A stretch of DNA of 64,000 nt from Candidatus Latescibacterota bacterium (GCA_965203805.1 OZ241917.1:2976001-3040000), one strand, 5' to 3'; positions 10,431 to 20,414 are shown, counted from the first letter of the stretch. Made by a program: numbers and translations. The notes: generated by a model not told the origin, from the letters alone.

Positions 10431-12410
10431 ATGGCTCAGGCAGCCCGAGTGGTCATGTCGGATGTCCGAAAAACGGCCGGGTCGACCGGAGACGGTCTGT
10501 CGGTCCGGGCGTTCCTGATCGGACTGGGGCTGTGCGCCTTTCTGGGGGTCTGGCTGACGTACAACCGGATGGTGGTCCAGGGGCCGTTTATGGGCTGGTA
10601 CTTCCTGGACCGGGGCGTGCTGTTCCTCTTTTTCTGTCTGGCTGTATTGATCAACCCCCTGCTCGGTCTGCTGAAACGCCGCTTCGCCCTGGGCCGGGGC
10701 GAGTTGCTGGCCATCTACGCGATGCTGCTGCTCCTTATGCCCGCATGGGCGATGTGCAAGGCATTGCTCGGGTTCATGACCGGCGTCACCTACTACGCCT
10801 CCCCGGAGATGCGCCACCTGGAGGCCGTCCTGCCCTATTCGCTGCCGTGGCTGGCGGTCCTGGACGCCGAGCCGGTCAGGTGGCTGTACGAAGGCCTGCC
10901 GAAGGGAGGTTCCGTCCCCTGGTGGGCGTGGGTGGTCCCTCTATGGAGTTGGGGGTCGTTCCTGGTCGCGCTGTTTGTGGTACTGGGTTGTGTGGCAGTC
11001 ATCCTGAGAAAGCAGTGGGAGGAACACGAGCGGTTCGCCTTCCCGATCATGCAGGTCCCACTCGCGATGGGCGAGCGTGGAGAAGGTCTGATAGGACCGC
11101 TGTTCCGCGGCCGGATGATGTGGTCGGGTTTTGCGGTTCCGCTCGGCATCGGCTCCATCAACGCACTGCACAGCTATTTCCACACGCTGCCGCGAATGAG
11201 CCTGCGGACGGTGATCTGGATCTTCAGGCGTGCGATTCCGCTGTCAATCAGGCTCAACTTCGCGCTCCTTGGCTATGCCTATTTCGTGAACCTGGACGTG
11301 AGCCTCAGCATCTGGCTCCTCAACGTCATCGCCAAATGCATAAACGGCGCGTTCGTGATGCTGGGCGCGGAACGATACGGCGTATCCGGGATGGTGGGAC
11401 GCCACAGCTCCCAGGGCTCGGAACTCCTCGCGTTCATGGGCATGGGGTACATGCTGGCCCTGGCCGGGTACAGCCTGTGGATTGCCCGCGGACATTTAAG
11501 GGCTGTGTGGGCAAAGGCGCTCGGTCGCGAATCGAGTCTGGACGATTCGGACGAGGTGCTCCCCTATCGCACGGCAGTGGCTTGTGTGGTCGCGGGGACG
11601 CTGTATCTGGGATGCTGGCTCTACCAGGCCGGGCTGCCGCCGCACGTGATCGCCCTGCTGTTTGCCGCCTGTTTCGTCGTATTCCTCGTGCTTGCGCGCA
11701 TCGTGAGCGAAACCGGCTATGCCGCAACCTATTCTCCGCTGAATCCGTCGGAGTTTGTGGTCTGCGCGGTCGGGTCCTCGGCCTTCGGTCCGATGGGGCT
11801 GGTTACGAACGGACTGAATTACGTATGGACGATGACCCGGCTCAATACGATGATGCCCCGTGCTTCCGCGGCGCTCAGACTGGCCGGGGAAATGGGAAGA
11901 ACCCGAGGCCTGATATGGGCGATGGGCGCGGCCCTGGCCGTCGGACTGGTCGTCGCCAGCCACACGACGCTGGATCTCGGGTACGCCCACGGCGGACGAA
12001 ACCTCGACTACTGGTTCCGCGACGTGAACGACGCCGCCCTGCCCTTCGACGAATACGTGGGTCGCCGCCTGCTGGATCCGAGCCCGGTCTTCTACAGGGG
12101 ATTTGCATATACAGGACTGGGCCTTGGCATTGCCCTGCTGCTCATGGTCCTGCGGATGCGCCTGCCATGGTGGCCCCTGCACCCCGTGGCGTTGCCGGTG
12201 AGTACGATCTGGATGACGGAGCACTACTATTTCAGCGTTTTTCTGGCCTGGGGGATCAAAGCGCTGGTGATGAAGTTCGGAGGGGCGTCCCTGTACCGGA
12301 AAACCAGGCCGTTCTTTGTCGGGATTATCGTGGGTGAGGCGGTTTGTTTGGGAATGTGGAGTATTATTGACTATTTTACAGGGAAAGTCGGCAATATGTC
12401 CCTGCTTTAA
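10431..12410 (+). CDS. Polytopic membrane protein, DUF6785/DUF6784-like, paralog 2
   Basis: Same motifs as paralog 1; start moved to ATG 10431 (GGAGG RBS) to avoid overlap with the upstream gene. Confidence 0.75.
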   Translation: MAQAARVVMSDVRKTAGSTGDGLSVRAFLIGLGLCAFLGVWLTYNRMVVQGPFMGWYFLDRGVLFLFFCLAVLINPLLGLLKRRFALGRGELLAIYAMLLLLMPAWAMCKALLGFMTGVTYYASPEMRHLEAVLPYSLPWLAVLDAEPVRWLYEGLPKGGSVPWWAWVVPLWSWGSFLVALFVVLGCVAVILRKQWEEHERFAFPIMQVPLAMGERGEGLIGPLFRGRMMWSGFAVPLGIGSINALHSYFHTLPRMSLRTVIWIFRRAIPLSIRLNFALLGYAYFVNLDVSLSIWLLNVIAKCINGAFVMLGAERYGVSGMVGRHSSQGSELLAFMGMGYMLALAGYSLWIARGHLRAVWAKALGRESSLDDSDEVLPYRTAVACVVAGTLYLGCWLYQAGLPPHVIALLFAACFVVFLVLARIVSETGYAATYSPLNPSEFVVCAVGSSAFGPMGLVTNGLNYVWTMTRLNTMMPRASAALRLAGEMGRTRGLIWAMGAALAVGLVVASHTTLDLGYAHGGRNLDYWFRDVNDAALPFDEYVGRRLLDPSPVFYRGFAYTGLGLGIALLLMVLRMRLPWWPLHPVALPVSTIWMTEHYYFSVFLAWGIKALVMKFGGASLYRKTRPFFVGIIVGEAVCLGMWSIIDYFTGKVGNMSLL

Positions 12411-12471
12411 CGAATAAAACGTCCATCGATGATCGAACGAACGATCACTCTTGCCGGAAGGAGTCGGAACC

Positions 12472-13350
12472 ATGCTTTCTCAGGCACAGGTTGATTTCTA
12501 CCAGGACAACGGCTATCTGGGCGTGGAGGACGTTCTCTCCCACGACGAGATCGCAGAACTCCGCCGGGTCACCGACGCGTTTGTCGAAGCGTCGAGGCAG
12601 GTCACCAGGACCGACAAGGTATTCGACCTGGAACCGGGCCATACGCCGGACAACCCGCAACTGCGCCGTCTCATTGATCCCTCCAGACAGCATGACGCGT
12701 ACGCCCGCGGCCTGCGCCACGAGAAGATCCTGGACATCACCGCGCAGCTCATCGGGCCCGGCATCCGGACGAATGGAGACAAACTCAATATGAAATCCGC
12801 GGAGGTGGGCAGCCCCGTGGAATGGCACCAGGACTGGGCGTTCTACCCCCACACCAACGACGATCTGCTGGCCGTCGGCGTCGCGATAGACGATATGACT
12901 CTCGAGAACGGCTGCCTGCTTGTCGTCCCGGGGTCTCACAAGGGGCGCATCCACGACCACCACCTCAACGGTCGCTTTGCCGGGGCCGTTACCGAACCCG
13001 ATTTCACCGGCGAAGGCGCAGTCCCGATCGAAATCGAGGCCGGGGGCATTTCCATCCACCACGTCCGGACGCTTCACGCATCCGCCCCGAACACTTCCGG
13101 CAAGCCCAGGCGTCTGCTCCTTTACATGTATTGTGCGGTCGATGCATGGCCCCTGGCCCAGCCCATAAACACCTGGGAGGAGTTCAACGGAAAGATTCTC
13201 CGCGGGGAACCCACACGCGAACCGCGCATGGTCAGCGTGCCGGTCCGGGTCCCGCTACCGCCGGCGGAGCGCACAGGATCCATATATGAAATTCAGACCA
13301 TCCTGGAAGAGAGTAAGATGACCCCTGTCGAAGCCGGTGCGGGAAACTGA
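12472..13350 (+). CDS. Phytanoyl-CoA dioxygenase (PhyH) family Fe(II)/2OG oxygenase
   Basis: 'FYQDNGYL', 'KLNMK', 'EWHQDWAFYPHTN', 'ENGCLLVVPGSH', 'TLHASAPN'. Confidence 0.88.
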   Translation: MLSQAQVDFYQDNGYLGVEDVLSHDEIAELRRVTDAFVEASRQVTRTDKVFDLEPGHTPDNPQLRRLIDPSRQHDAYARGLRHEKILDITAQLIGPGIRTNGDKLNMKSAEVGSPVEWHQDWAFYPHTNDDLLAVGVAIDDMTLENGCLLVVPGSHKGRIHDHHLNGRFAGAVTEPDFTGEGAVPIEIEAGGISIHHVRTLHASAPNTSGKPRRLLLYMYCAVDAWPLAQPINTWEEFNGKILRGEPTREPRMVSVPVRVPLPPAERTGSIYEIQTILEESKMTPVEAGAGN

Positions 13351-13371
13351 ATCCGCAAGGGGGGTAGGTCG

Positions 13372-15294
13372 GTGGCGGATGACACGCGGGACGGATTGAC
13401 GGGCCGGGCGTTCCTGATCGGCCTCGTTCTCTGCCTCGGCCTTGCAGTGGCAATCCCGTACAACCGCATGGTGATCCAGGGCACCTCGCTCCACTATTAT
13501 TTCGTGGACCGGGGCATCCTGTTTGTTTTTCTGTTTCTTGTCCTCATCTGTAACGTCGTCCTCAAGCCGGCGCGCTCGCTGAAGCGAGGAGAACTCCTGT
13601 GCATCTTTTCGATGTTGCTGGTGTCCATGCCCGCCCTGTGGATGGTCAAGTGGCTCATCGCCTTCCTCACCGGCGTGACCTACTACGCTTCTCCGGAGCG
13701 CCCTGACCTCCAGGCGGTGCTGCCGCATATTCTGCCGTGGACGGCGCCCGGGAACGCCGAAGCCGTGCGGGGGTTCTACGAGGGGCTTCCGCACAACGTC
13801 TCGATTCCCTGGCTCCCCTGGCTGGCCCCCCTGGCGAGTTGGGGTTCTTTTTTTCTTGTATTGTTCGTGGTTCTGGTATGCATCGCCGTGATCTTTCGCA
13901 GGCAGTGGGCGGAGTACGAGCGGTTCGCGTTCCCGATCCTGCAGGTACCGCTGGAAATGGCGGAAACGGACGGACGGCGACTCGGTCCCCTGTTCAGGAA
14001 CCGGTTGATGTGGGCTGGGTTCGCGGTTCCACTTCTGATCGGTACCATCAACGGGCTGAATCACTATTTCTATACCCTGCCGCGAATCCAGATGGGGACG
14101 ATGCTCACCATCTTTCAGGGAACCACACCGCTGCCCCTGAGACTTCACTTCGCAATTCTCGGGTATTCGTACTTCGTAAACCTGGACGTAAGCCTGAGTA
14201 TCTGGCTGTTCAACGTAATCTCAAAGGTCATCAGGGGGATGCTTGCCGTTGTGGGCGCGGAGTATTCGGACGTGTCCGGGATGGTGGGACGGTTCAGTTC
14301 GAGGGGCTCGTCGTTTCTCGCGCTGACGGGAATGGGGTATATGCTCGTGCTGGCAGCCTACAGCGCATGGACGGCGCGGGGCCACCTGCGCGGGGTGTTC
14401 GCCAGTGCCATGGGGACATCGCCGGCGGCCGACGATTCCGATGAAGTCATCTCCTACCGTGCGGCTGTATTCGGGGCCCTTGGGGGCCTGGTGTATCTCG
14501 GGTGCTGGCTCCATCAGGCGGGAATCCCGGTCGCGTTGATCCTGTTTCTGTTTTTTTCCTGCATCGTAGTCTTTTTTGTCCTGGGACGGATTGTTAGCGA
14601 GACGGGGTTCGTGGCCACGTATTCTCCGATCAACCCCGCTGAGTTTGTGGTCTGCGCGACGGGCTCGTCGACCTTCGGCCCGGCGGGGCTCGTAACGCTC
14701 GGGTTCGGTTACGCGTGGACGATGACACGCGTCAGCAATGTGATGCCCCGTGCGATGGGGGCGCTGTGGCTGTCAAGGACAATTGCGCGCAGGCGCGGCA
14801 TGATCTGGGCGATGGGCGCGGCGATGGCGGTTGGACTGCTTTGCGCGTGCGCGTTGACCCTGGACCTGGGCTACGCGCGCGGTGGACTGAACCTGGACCG
14901 GCACTTCCGCGATTACTCCCGCATTCCTTTCGACGCCTTTGTCGGTTCGCGCATGCTGGAGCCGAGTCCCGTGTTTACGAAAGGGCTGCTTTATACCGGA
15001 CTCGGGATGGGTGTCGCGGGATTGTTGACCCTGGCGAGAATGCGGCTTAAATGGTGGCCGCTCCATCCGGTGGCGCTGCCTTTAAGTACCATCTGGTACA
15101 CGGATACTTATTTCTTCAGTGTATTCCTGGCCTGGGCGATGAAAGCGATCGTCTTGAAATTCGGCGGCGCGACGCTCTACCGAAGGACCCGGCCCCTGTT
15201 CATGGGGATTATTCTGGGGGAGGCCACCGGCGCGGGTGTGTGGGTCATCGTGGACTATTTCACGGGGACGATCGCCAACAGGATCTTCATATAG
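13372..15294 (+). CDS. Polytopic membrane protein, DUF6785/DUF6784-like, paralog 3
   Basis: 640 aa; 'RRQWAEYERFAFPILQVP', 'GRIVSETG', 'WWPLHPVALP'. Confidence 0.75.
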   Translation: MADDTRDGLTGRAFLIGLVLCLGLAVAIPYNRMVIQGTSLHYYFVDRGILFVFLFLVLICNVVLKPARSLKRGELLCIFSMLLVSMPALWMVKWLIAFLTGVTYYASPERPDLQAVLPHILPWTAPGNAEAVRGFYEGLPHNVSIPWLPWLAPLASWGSFFLVLFVVLVCIAVIFRRQWAEYERFAFPILQVPLEMAETDGRRLGPLFRNRLMWAGFAVPLLIGTINGLNHYFYTLPRIQMGTMLTIFQGTTPLPLRLHFAILGYSYFVNLDVSLSIWLFNVISKVIRGMLAVVGAEYSDVSGMVGRFSSRGSSFLALTGMGYMLVLAAYSAWTARGHLRGVFASAMGTSPAADDSDEVISYRAAVFGALGGLVYLGCWLHQAGIPVALILFLFFSCIVVFFVLGRIVSETGFVATYSPINPAEFVVCATGSSTFGPAGLVTLGFGYAWTMTRVSNVMPRAMGALWLSRTIARRRGMIWAMGAAMAVGLLCACALTLDLGYARGGLNLDRHFRDYSRIPFDAFVGSRMLEPSPVFTKGLLYTGLGMGVAGLLTLARMRLKWWPLHPVALPLSTIWYTDTYFFSVFLAWAMKAIVLKFGGATLYRRTRPLFMGIILGEATGAGVWVIVDYFTGTIANRIFI

Positions 15295-15309
15295 GCGGCC
15301 GTCGGCGAA

Positions 15310-16869
15310 ATGGGAGGCAAGATGCATATTTTCGACATGAACTGTATGTTGGGACCGACGCGCACCGACCGGGAGCCGTGTTTTCGGACACCCGAAATGC
15401 TCCTGGCGGAGATGGACAGACTGGGCATCTCGGAAGCTCTGGTTCACGCGAGCCACGGGGCAATGGGGCACCCCTCGGACGCGAACGCCAAGGTGGTGGA
15501 GGCCACGCGTTCCCACCCGCGCCTGCACCCCTGCTGGGCGGTGCTGCCGCCGGGAACGGGGGAACTGCCCGAGCCGCAGGAACTCGTGGCGCAGATGCGC
15601 ACGCATGGCGTACGGGCGGCCAGGATATTTCCCGGAGTACACGTTTTTCCGTTGCTGGAGCGAATACTGCGGCCGCTGCTTAAGGCCCTCTCCGAAGCGG
15701 GAATTCCATTGATTCTGGACCAGGGCCGCACGAGCTGGAGCCAGCTCACGGACTGGCGCGGGGTCTTCGAAATCGCAGAGGCGCACCCCAAGCTGCCGCT
15801 GGTGTTGATTCGCGAAGGAGGCGCGACCGCGCGAGCGCTGTTCGGAGTTTGGGACGCGTTTCCCAACATCCACATCGAGGCATCATACATCCAGGAGTCG
15901 CGGATCGTCGAGGAGATTACAGGACGGTTCGGACACCGCCGGCTGTTGTTCGGGACCGGGATGCCCGCCTGGGACCCGGGAGGCCCGCTGGGCCTCCTCG
16001 AGGGGGCACGCATTTCGGAGCATCAGCGGGCCGATATCGCCGGGGACACCCTCCGGCGGCTTCTGGGCCTCCCGGAGCGGGGTGCCGGGACGGCGCCGGC
16101 CTGGCCCTGCGGCGCGGGCGGCTTCCGCGTGTTCGACGTTCACGGCCACCTGGGCAGATTTCAGTCGAAGTACCACCGCGACTGGTCGGCCGAACAGATG
16201 GTGTCGCGCATGGATGAAGTGGGCGTGGAGCGGTTTGCGGTCAGCCACTTTATGGCGATCGGCGCCGACTACCGCGAAGGAAACACCCGGATCGGCGCAG
16301 GCGTTGCGGCCTTTCCGGACAGGCTCGTGGGATACGCGGTCTACAATCCGAATTACGAATCCGAGATGGCCGACGAGATGGCGCGCGGGTTCGACGAACT
16401 GGGTTGTTCGGGTATCAAACTGCACTGCGCCCTTCACGACACCTCGACCGAGGACCCACGCTACCGTCTCGCGTTTCAGACGGCGCACGATCGGAACTGT
16501 CCCATGCTGTGCCACGTCAACCGCGGGCCGTCTCCTGCCTTCCTGATGGATACGCTCGCGGCGTTCCCAAACGCGAAGTTCATTTACGCGCATATCGGCG
16601 GTGGCACTCGCGAGGAACTGAAGCCCTTTCTCGACGTCGCCCACGAGCGGCCGAATCTGTTTTTCGATCTTGGGTACTCGAAAATGGCTCGCGGCACCCT
16701 CGCCTGGCTCGTCGAACAGGCGCCGCCCGCACAGATCCTGTACGGATCGGACCATCCCGTCAACGGGTTTCCATATCAGCTCGGGCGGGTGCTCTACGCC
16801 GACATTCCCGACGTGTTGAAGCGCATGATTCTGTGGGACAACGCGGCCAGGATATTTGGCGTGCAGTGA
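15310..16869 (+). CDS. Amidohydrolase_2 family protein with two tandem domains
   Basis: C-domain 'FDVHGH...IKLH...LCH...YAH...YGSD'; N-domain 'FDMNCMLG...LLFGTG'. Confidence 0.8.
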   Translation: MGGKMHIFDMNCMLGPTRTDREPCFRTPEMLLAEMDRLGISEALVHASHGAMGHPSDANAKVVEATRSHPRLHPCWAVLPPGTGELPEPQELVAQMRTHGVRAARIFPGVHVFPLLERILRPLLKALSEAGIPLILDQGRTSWSQLTDWRGVFEIAEAHPKLPLVLIREGGATARALFGVWDAFPNIHIEASYIQESRIVEEITGRFGHRRLLFGTGMPAWDPGGPLGLLEGARISEHQRADIAGDTLRRLLGLPERGAGTAPAWPCGAGGFRVFDVHGHLGRFQSKYHRDWSAEQMVSRMDEVGVERFAVSHFMAIGADYREGNTRIGAGVAAFPDRLVGYAVYNPNYESEMADEMARGFDELGCSGIKLHCALHDTSTEDPRYRLAFQTAHDRNCPMLCHVNRGPSPAFLMDTLAAFPNAKFIYAHIGGGTREELKPFLDVAHERPNLFFDLGYSKMARGTLAWLVEQAPPAQILYGSDHPVNGFPYQLGRVLYADIPDVLKRMILWDNAARIFGVQ

Positions 16870-16902
16870 CGGATTCTTAAGGAAATTCGGAGGTCTTCAA
16901 AC

Positions 16903-18615
16903 ATGAAAATCGGTATTCTGACCCATCCGCCGGATCTCTCGGACTACGTCGCCGAGATCTTCACAACCTGGGGGCTGGCAGCTATTGAACGTATTCATGT
17001 GGACCGCCTGGAGGGACTGCGCCCGGCGTCCACCCCCGTACTGGTCTGTCCGGCTGCCGAAAGGGATGACCGGACGGACGGATTTCTGATCGACTTTGCG
17101 CGGCGTGGCGGCACCGTCGTGACGTTTCTTCCCGGAAACATGCTGGCCGACGCCGCGGGGCTGGTCCGCGAGAGCGCCAAATCGGCGCCGCTGCGCCTTC
17201 GTCCGGCACGCTATCCGGCGGCGGGGGTTTCAGGGGAGGACTTCCCGGTTGTGGGAGACGCCGCGCACTACGCGGTACGCTCCGAAGCCGCAGCGGGCAT
17301 CGCTTATCTGTACACCCCCGGCGCGTTCGAGGGTGAATCTATCGGGATAATCGAAACCCCTGTTGACGAAGGGCGCATCCTGGCCTTTGCCTTCGACCTG
17401 CCAGCGTGCGTATTCACCCTGCGGCAGGGTGATCCGGATCAGGTCGAGAGGGCCGTGGGCGGCAACGTGCGGGCCGACGCCATAGGCATCGACCTGGGTC
17501 CGGCCGATAGCGGCCTGATGCCATTTGCCGATCTGCTGGCGCGGTGGCTGGTGGAACTGGTCTGCCGGTTCGTTCCCGCGCCCGTCCCCCTGCTCTGGCA
17601 CCTGCCTGGCGAGGCCGACGCCCTCGTGCTTTATTCAGGAGACGAAGACGGCGCGGAGATTTCCGCGACAGAGCAGGAATTCCGTGAAGTATCGGCGGCC
17701 GGCGCGCGCATGAGTCTCTACATCATTCCGATCGGGACGGATTCGACGGCCGAGGACGTTCAGAGGTATCGTCAGAACCACGACGTAGGTCCGCATCCGA
17801 ATCTCCGGGCGATGGACCGGCGGTCGATCGAGGATCGCGTCGCGGAATTCGAACGGCAGATCCGGCTGTTCGAGGAGATGTACGGGTTCAGGCCCACGAG
17901 CGTCCGCAACCACTGCCTTTCCTGGGCGGGTTACATGGAACTGGTGGAGGCACAGGCACGCCTTGGCATCCGGATGGATGCGAACTACCTGTGCTCTGCC
18001 TATATGCGGGACCGCTGCAGCAGCCCGTACCACTTGAGAGGGGCGGCGATGCCAATGCGTTTCTGTCATCCCGACGGGCGCCTGATTAACGTACTCCAGC
18101 AGCATACCCATCTGTCCGACGACGTCTGGTTCCAGGAAGACGCGCCAAAGTCCTTCCACTATTCGCCGGAGATGTATGGCGCCCTGGTGGACCGCATCCT
18201 CGACGACAGCGCCACCCGCTTCCACGTGCCTTACGGCGTGATTCTGCACCCGGGCAACTGGGTGCGGTATTCCAGGCCGCATGGTCTGGTTCTGCTCGAA
18301 AAAGCAGCGGAACGCAATATTCCCGTGTGGTCCTACGACCAGTGGTGCGATTTTTGGCTTCTGCGGGACCAGTGGCGTCTGGCGAGCCATTATTGGCAGG
18401 ACCATACGCTGAAATTCGCGGTCGAGGGGCCGCCCGACGATGGAAGTCTTCGCTGGATGATTCCCTCTGAATACGGTGGCCGGAAGCTCGTGGAAGTTCG
18501 GGTGGACGGTCAACCGACGCCGTTCGAGATCGTGACCCGATATCGCCAGGACTTCGCACAGGTGGCTATGGGCGCCGGCATAGACAGTTGCGATATCACG
18601 GCCGTTTACGGATGA
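16903..18615 (+). CDS. GATase-like domain plus polysaccharide deacetylase (NodB-like) domain protein
   Basis: 'SGDED', 'VGPHP', 'SVRNHCLSW', 'ILHPGN' resemble CE4-fold motifs. Confidence 0.55.
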   Translation: MKIGILTHPPDLSDYVAEIFTTWGLAAIERIHVDRLEGLRPASTPVLVCPAAERDDRTDGFLIDFARRGGTVVTFLPGNMLADAAGLVRESAKSAPLRLRPARYPAAGVSGEDFPVVGDAAHYAVRSEAAAGIAYLYTPGAFEGESIGIIETPVDEGRILAFAFDLPACVFTLRQGDPDQVERAVGGNVRADAIGIDLGPADSGLMPFADLLARWLVELVCRFVPAPVPLLWHLPGEADALVLYSGDEDGAEISATEQEFREVSAAGARMSLYIIPIGTDSTAEDVQRYRQNHDVGPHPNLRAMDRRSIEDRVAEFERQIRLFEEMYGFRPTSVRNHCLSWAGYMELVEAQARLGIRMDANYLCSAYMRDRCSSPYHLRGAAMPMRFCHPDGRLINVLQQHTHLSDDVWFQEDAPKSFHYSPEMYGALVDRILDDSATRFHVPYGVILHPGNWVRYSRPHGLVLLEKAAERNIPVWSYDQWCDFWLLRDQWRLASHYWQDHTLKFAVEGPPDDGSLRWMIPSEYGGRKLVEVRVDGQPTPFEIVTRYRQDFAQVAMGAGIDSCDITAVYG

Positions 18616-18692
18616 CGGAGGCCACGTCGCCGCGTCGGGTCCGCCACGAGACGGGTTGACGACGAAAACCGCCGGGGCAAGGAGGTCGTGCA

Positions 18693-19334
18693 ATGCAAAA
18701 GCTGGTCTTCCTGGGCATTGGATCCAACAATTCGGACATTCTGGACGCCGTTCAGGAAATCAATGCCTTGAAGCCGACCTATGACGTGCTGGGATATGTG
18801 ACGCGGAACGGCAAACCCCTGAACAAGGGCGGACTGAAGCACCTGGGCGACTTCGACATGGTCCGTACCCTGCCGGAGGACGTGCAAATCACCGGCTTTA
18901 CCTTCGGTCCCGGGAGCTATCATGCCTGGCCGGGCACGGTGGCGGGGCTGGGCCTCCTGCGGGACCGGTTCGCCACCATTGTCCATCCCCACGCGTTCAT
19001 TTCGCCGCAAAGTACGGTGGGCAAGGGGTCGGTTGTCCTGGCGGGAACGACGGTGGGCGCCTTCGTAACCATCGGCGACCACGTGATCATCCTGCAGAAC
19101 GTGGGACTGTCCCACGACGACGTGATCGAAGATTATTCCTGCCTGGCGGTAGGGGTGAGCTTTTCGGGAAGCGTGCGGGTGGGACGGAACTGTTTCCTGG
19201 GAACGAACTCGACGATCATCGGCGCAACGATCGGCGAGGGAAGCATGGTGGGCGCCGGCGCCCTGATCCGGCACGACGTGCCGGCGGGCGAGGTCTGGGT
19301 GGGCAATCCGGGGAGGTTCTTGAGGAAGGTGTGA
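18693..19334 (+). CDS. Sugar O-acetyltransferase, NeuD/PglD family (hexapeptide repeat)
   Basis: 'FATIVHP.A.IS', 'SHDDVIEDY', hexapeptide repeats, 'VWVGNPGRFLR'. Confidence 0.85.
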   Translation: MQKLVFLGIGSNNSDILDAVQEINALKPTYDVLGYVTRNGKPLNKGGLKHLGDFDMVRTLPEDVQITGFTFGPGSYHAWPGTVAGLGLLRDRFATIVHPHAFISPQSTVGKGSVVLAGTTVGAFVTIGDHVIILQNVGLSHDDVIEDYSCLAVGVSFSGSVRVGRNCFLGTNSTIIGATIGEGSMVGAGALIRHDVPAGEVWVGNPGRFLRKV

Positions 19335-19368
19335 TCGTGAATTGCAAGCGACGTTGAATTCGGCCTGG

Positions 19369-20127
19369 CTATATCTCCGTTAGCTCAGGCCATTTGATTT
19401 TTTTCTCGATAGATGGATCGTGAAGTATCATCCCTCCTTGAGCCGCAATCTGTTCAAGGGTGAGTTCTGTCAAAATCGGCGCAACGTGCTGTATCAGGTC
19501 GCTGTGTGTGAATTCGAAATTACACTTTGTTTGTCGATCTATCGAGATCCTTGAGGAGGCCCAGTTCTCTTCGTGTATCTCCCGGAGTCTTTCGGCGGTT
19601 TCCGTCGCCAGACTGAATCTTTCCTGGTCATCACACATCTCGCGCTCAATGACAATCCAGGGGGTTTCAGTTCGCCATCGAGGTGGTTCTCGCGACTCGA
19701 ATAATCCAATCGCACGTTCAGCGAGGGCCTTATACTCTCGCACCTCCTGTCCCCGTAAGCCGTAAGAGATTCCGAATTTGACGACAATATCGTGCACGGA
19801 ATCTGTAAAGGGCACCTGCGTTCCTTTAAAGTGACGATCAACATCCTGTTCCTTTTGGTGAAGGAACTCGCGAATGCGCACTTTGTCGAGACCTTCCCTG
19901 CCAACGATATCGACATAGCTCAGGACAGCGTTGTTTCCCGGAACTATATCCACAGATTCGGCGATGAGTTTTCCTGGATTTTCGTTGGCGATCTGTTCGA
20001 TAATACCCTTGTCTTTGCCAATTTCTTCGGGGATCTCATGTGCGTCGTGCTGGTACAGGAATGTATTGATACCGACATTGGCCCTTTTTCCTGTTATTCT
20101 GCGAACCCGGTGAGCAGAGAGATACAT
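19369..20127 (-). CDS. Hypothetical protein (third gene of the cassette)
   Basis: 252-aa ORF in a lower-GC segment; ATG overlaps the upstream stop (TGATG); GGAGG RBS inside the upstream gene. Confidence 0.7.
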   Translation of the reverse strand: MYLSAHRVRRITGKRANVGINTFLYQHDAHEIPEEIGKDKGIIEQIANENPGKLIAESVDIVPGNNAVLSYVDIVGREGLDKVRIREFLHQKEQDVDRHFKGTQVPFTDSVHDIVVKFGISYGLRGQEVREYKALAERAIGLFESREPPRWRTETPWIVIEREMCDDQERFSLATETAERLREIHEENWASSRISIDRQTKCNFEFTHSDLIQHVAPILTELTLEQIAAQGGMILHDPSIEKKIKWPELTEI

Positions 20128-20414
20128 CAGGCCACCTCCCTTAACGCAATAACTGACTCGCTGGAATCAGGAATTCTCTGAATTTTTCCGTCAACCCAAC
20201 CGCTATTCGAAGTCTTTTCACTGCTGTCGCGAATCAGTGACTGCGTACCTTCGCTGTACAGTAATTTCTGTTCCACTTCGCTCAGTTCGTACCAGACCTT
20301 CTCCATAGCATCCAGAATGGTTTCTTCTTCTTCCGATTCGAACCCTGCATGCTGCCATCGGATATAAACCAGGTCCCCTTCCAAATGACGATATCGCTTG
20401 AAGGCTTCACTCAT
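20127..20414 (-). CDS. Small acidic helical hypothetical protein (candidate antitoxin/immunity)
   Basis: 95 aa from ATG 20414 ('MSEAFKRYRH...ESEEEETILDAMEKVWYEL'), overlapping the upstream stop by 8 nt. Confidence 0.6.
   Translation of the reverse strand: MSEAFKRYRHLEGDLVYIRWQHAGFESEEEETILDAMEKVWYELSEVEQKLLYSEGTQSLIRDSSEKTSNSGWVDGKIQRIPDSSESVIALREVA

Noticed and set aside
6193-12473. Long antisense and alternate-frame ORFs (e.g. 6193-8046, 6387-8255, 10532-12337)
   Set aside because: Shadow ORFs of GC-rich genes; they have no motifs and fully overlap better-supported CDSs
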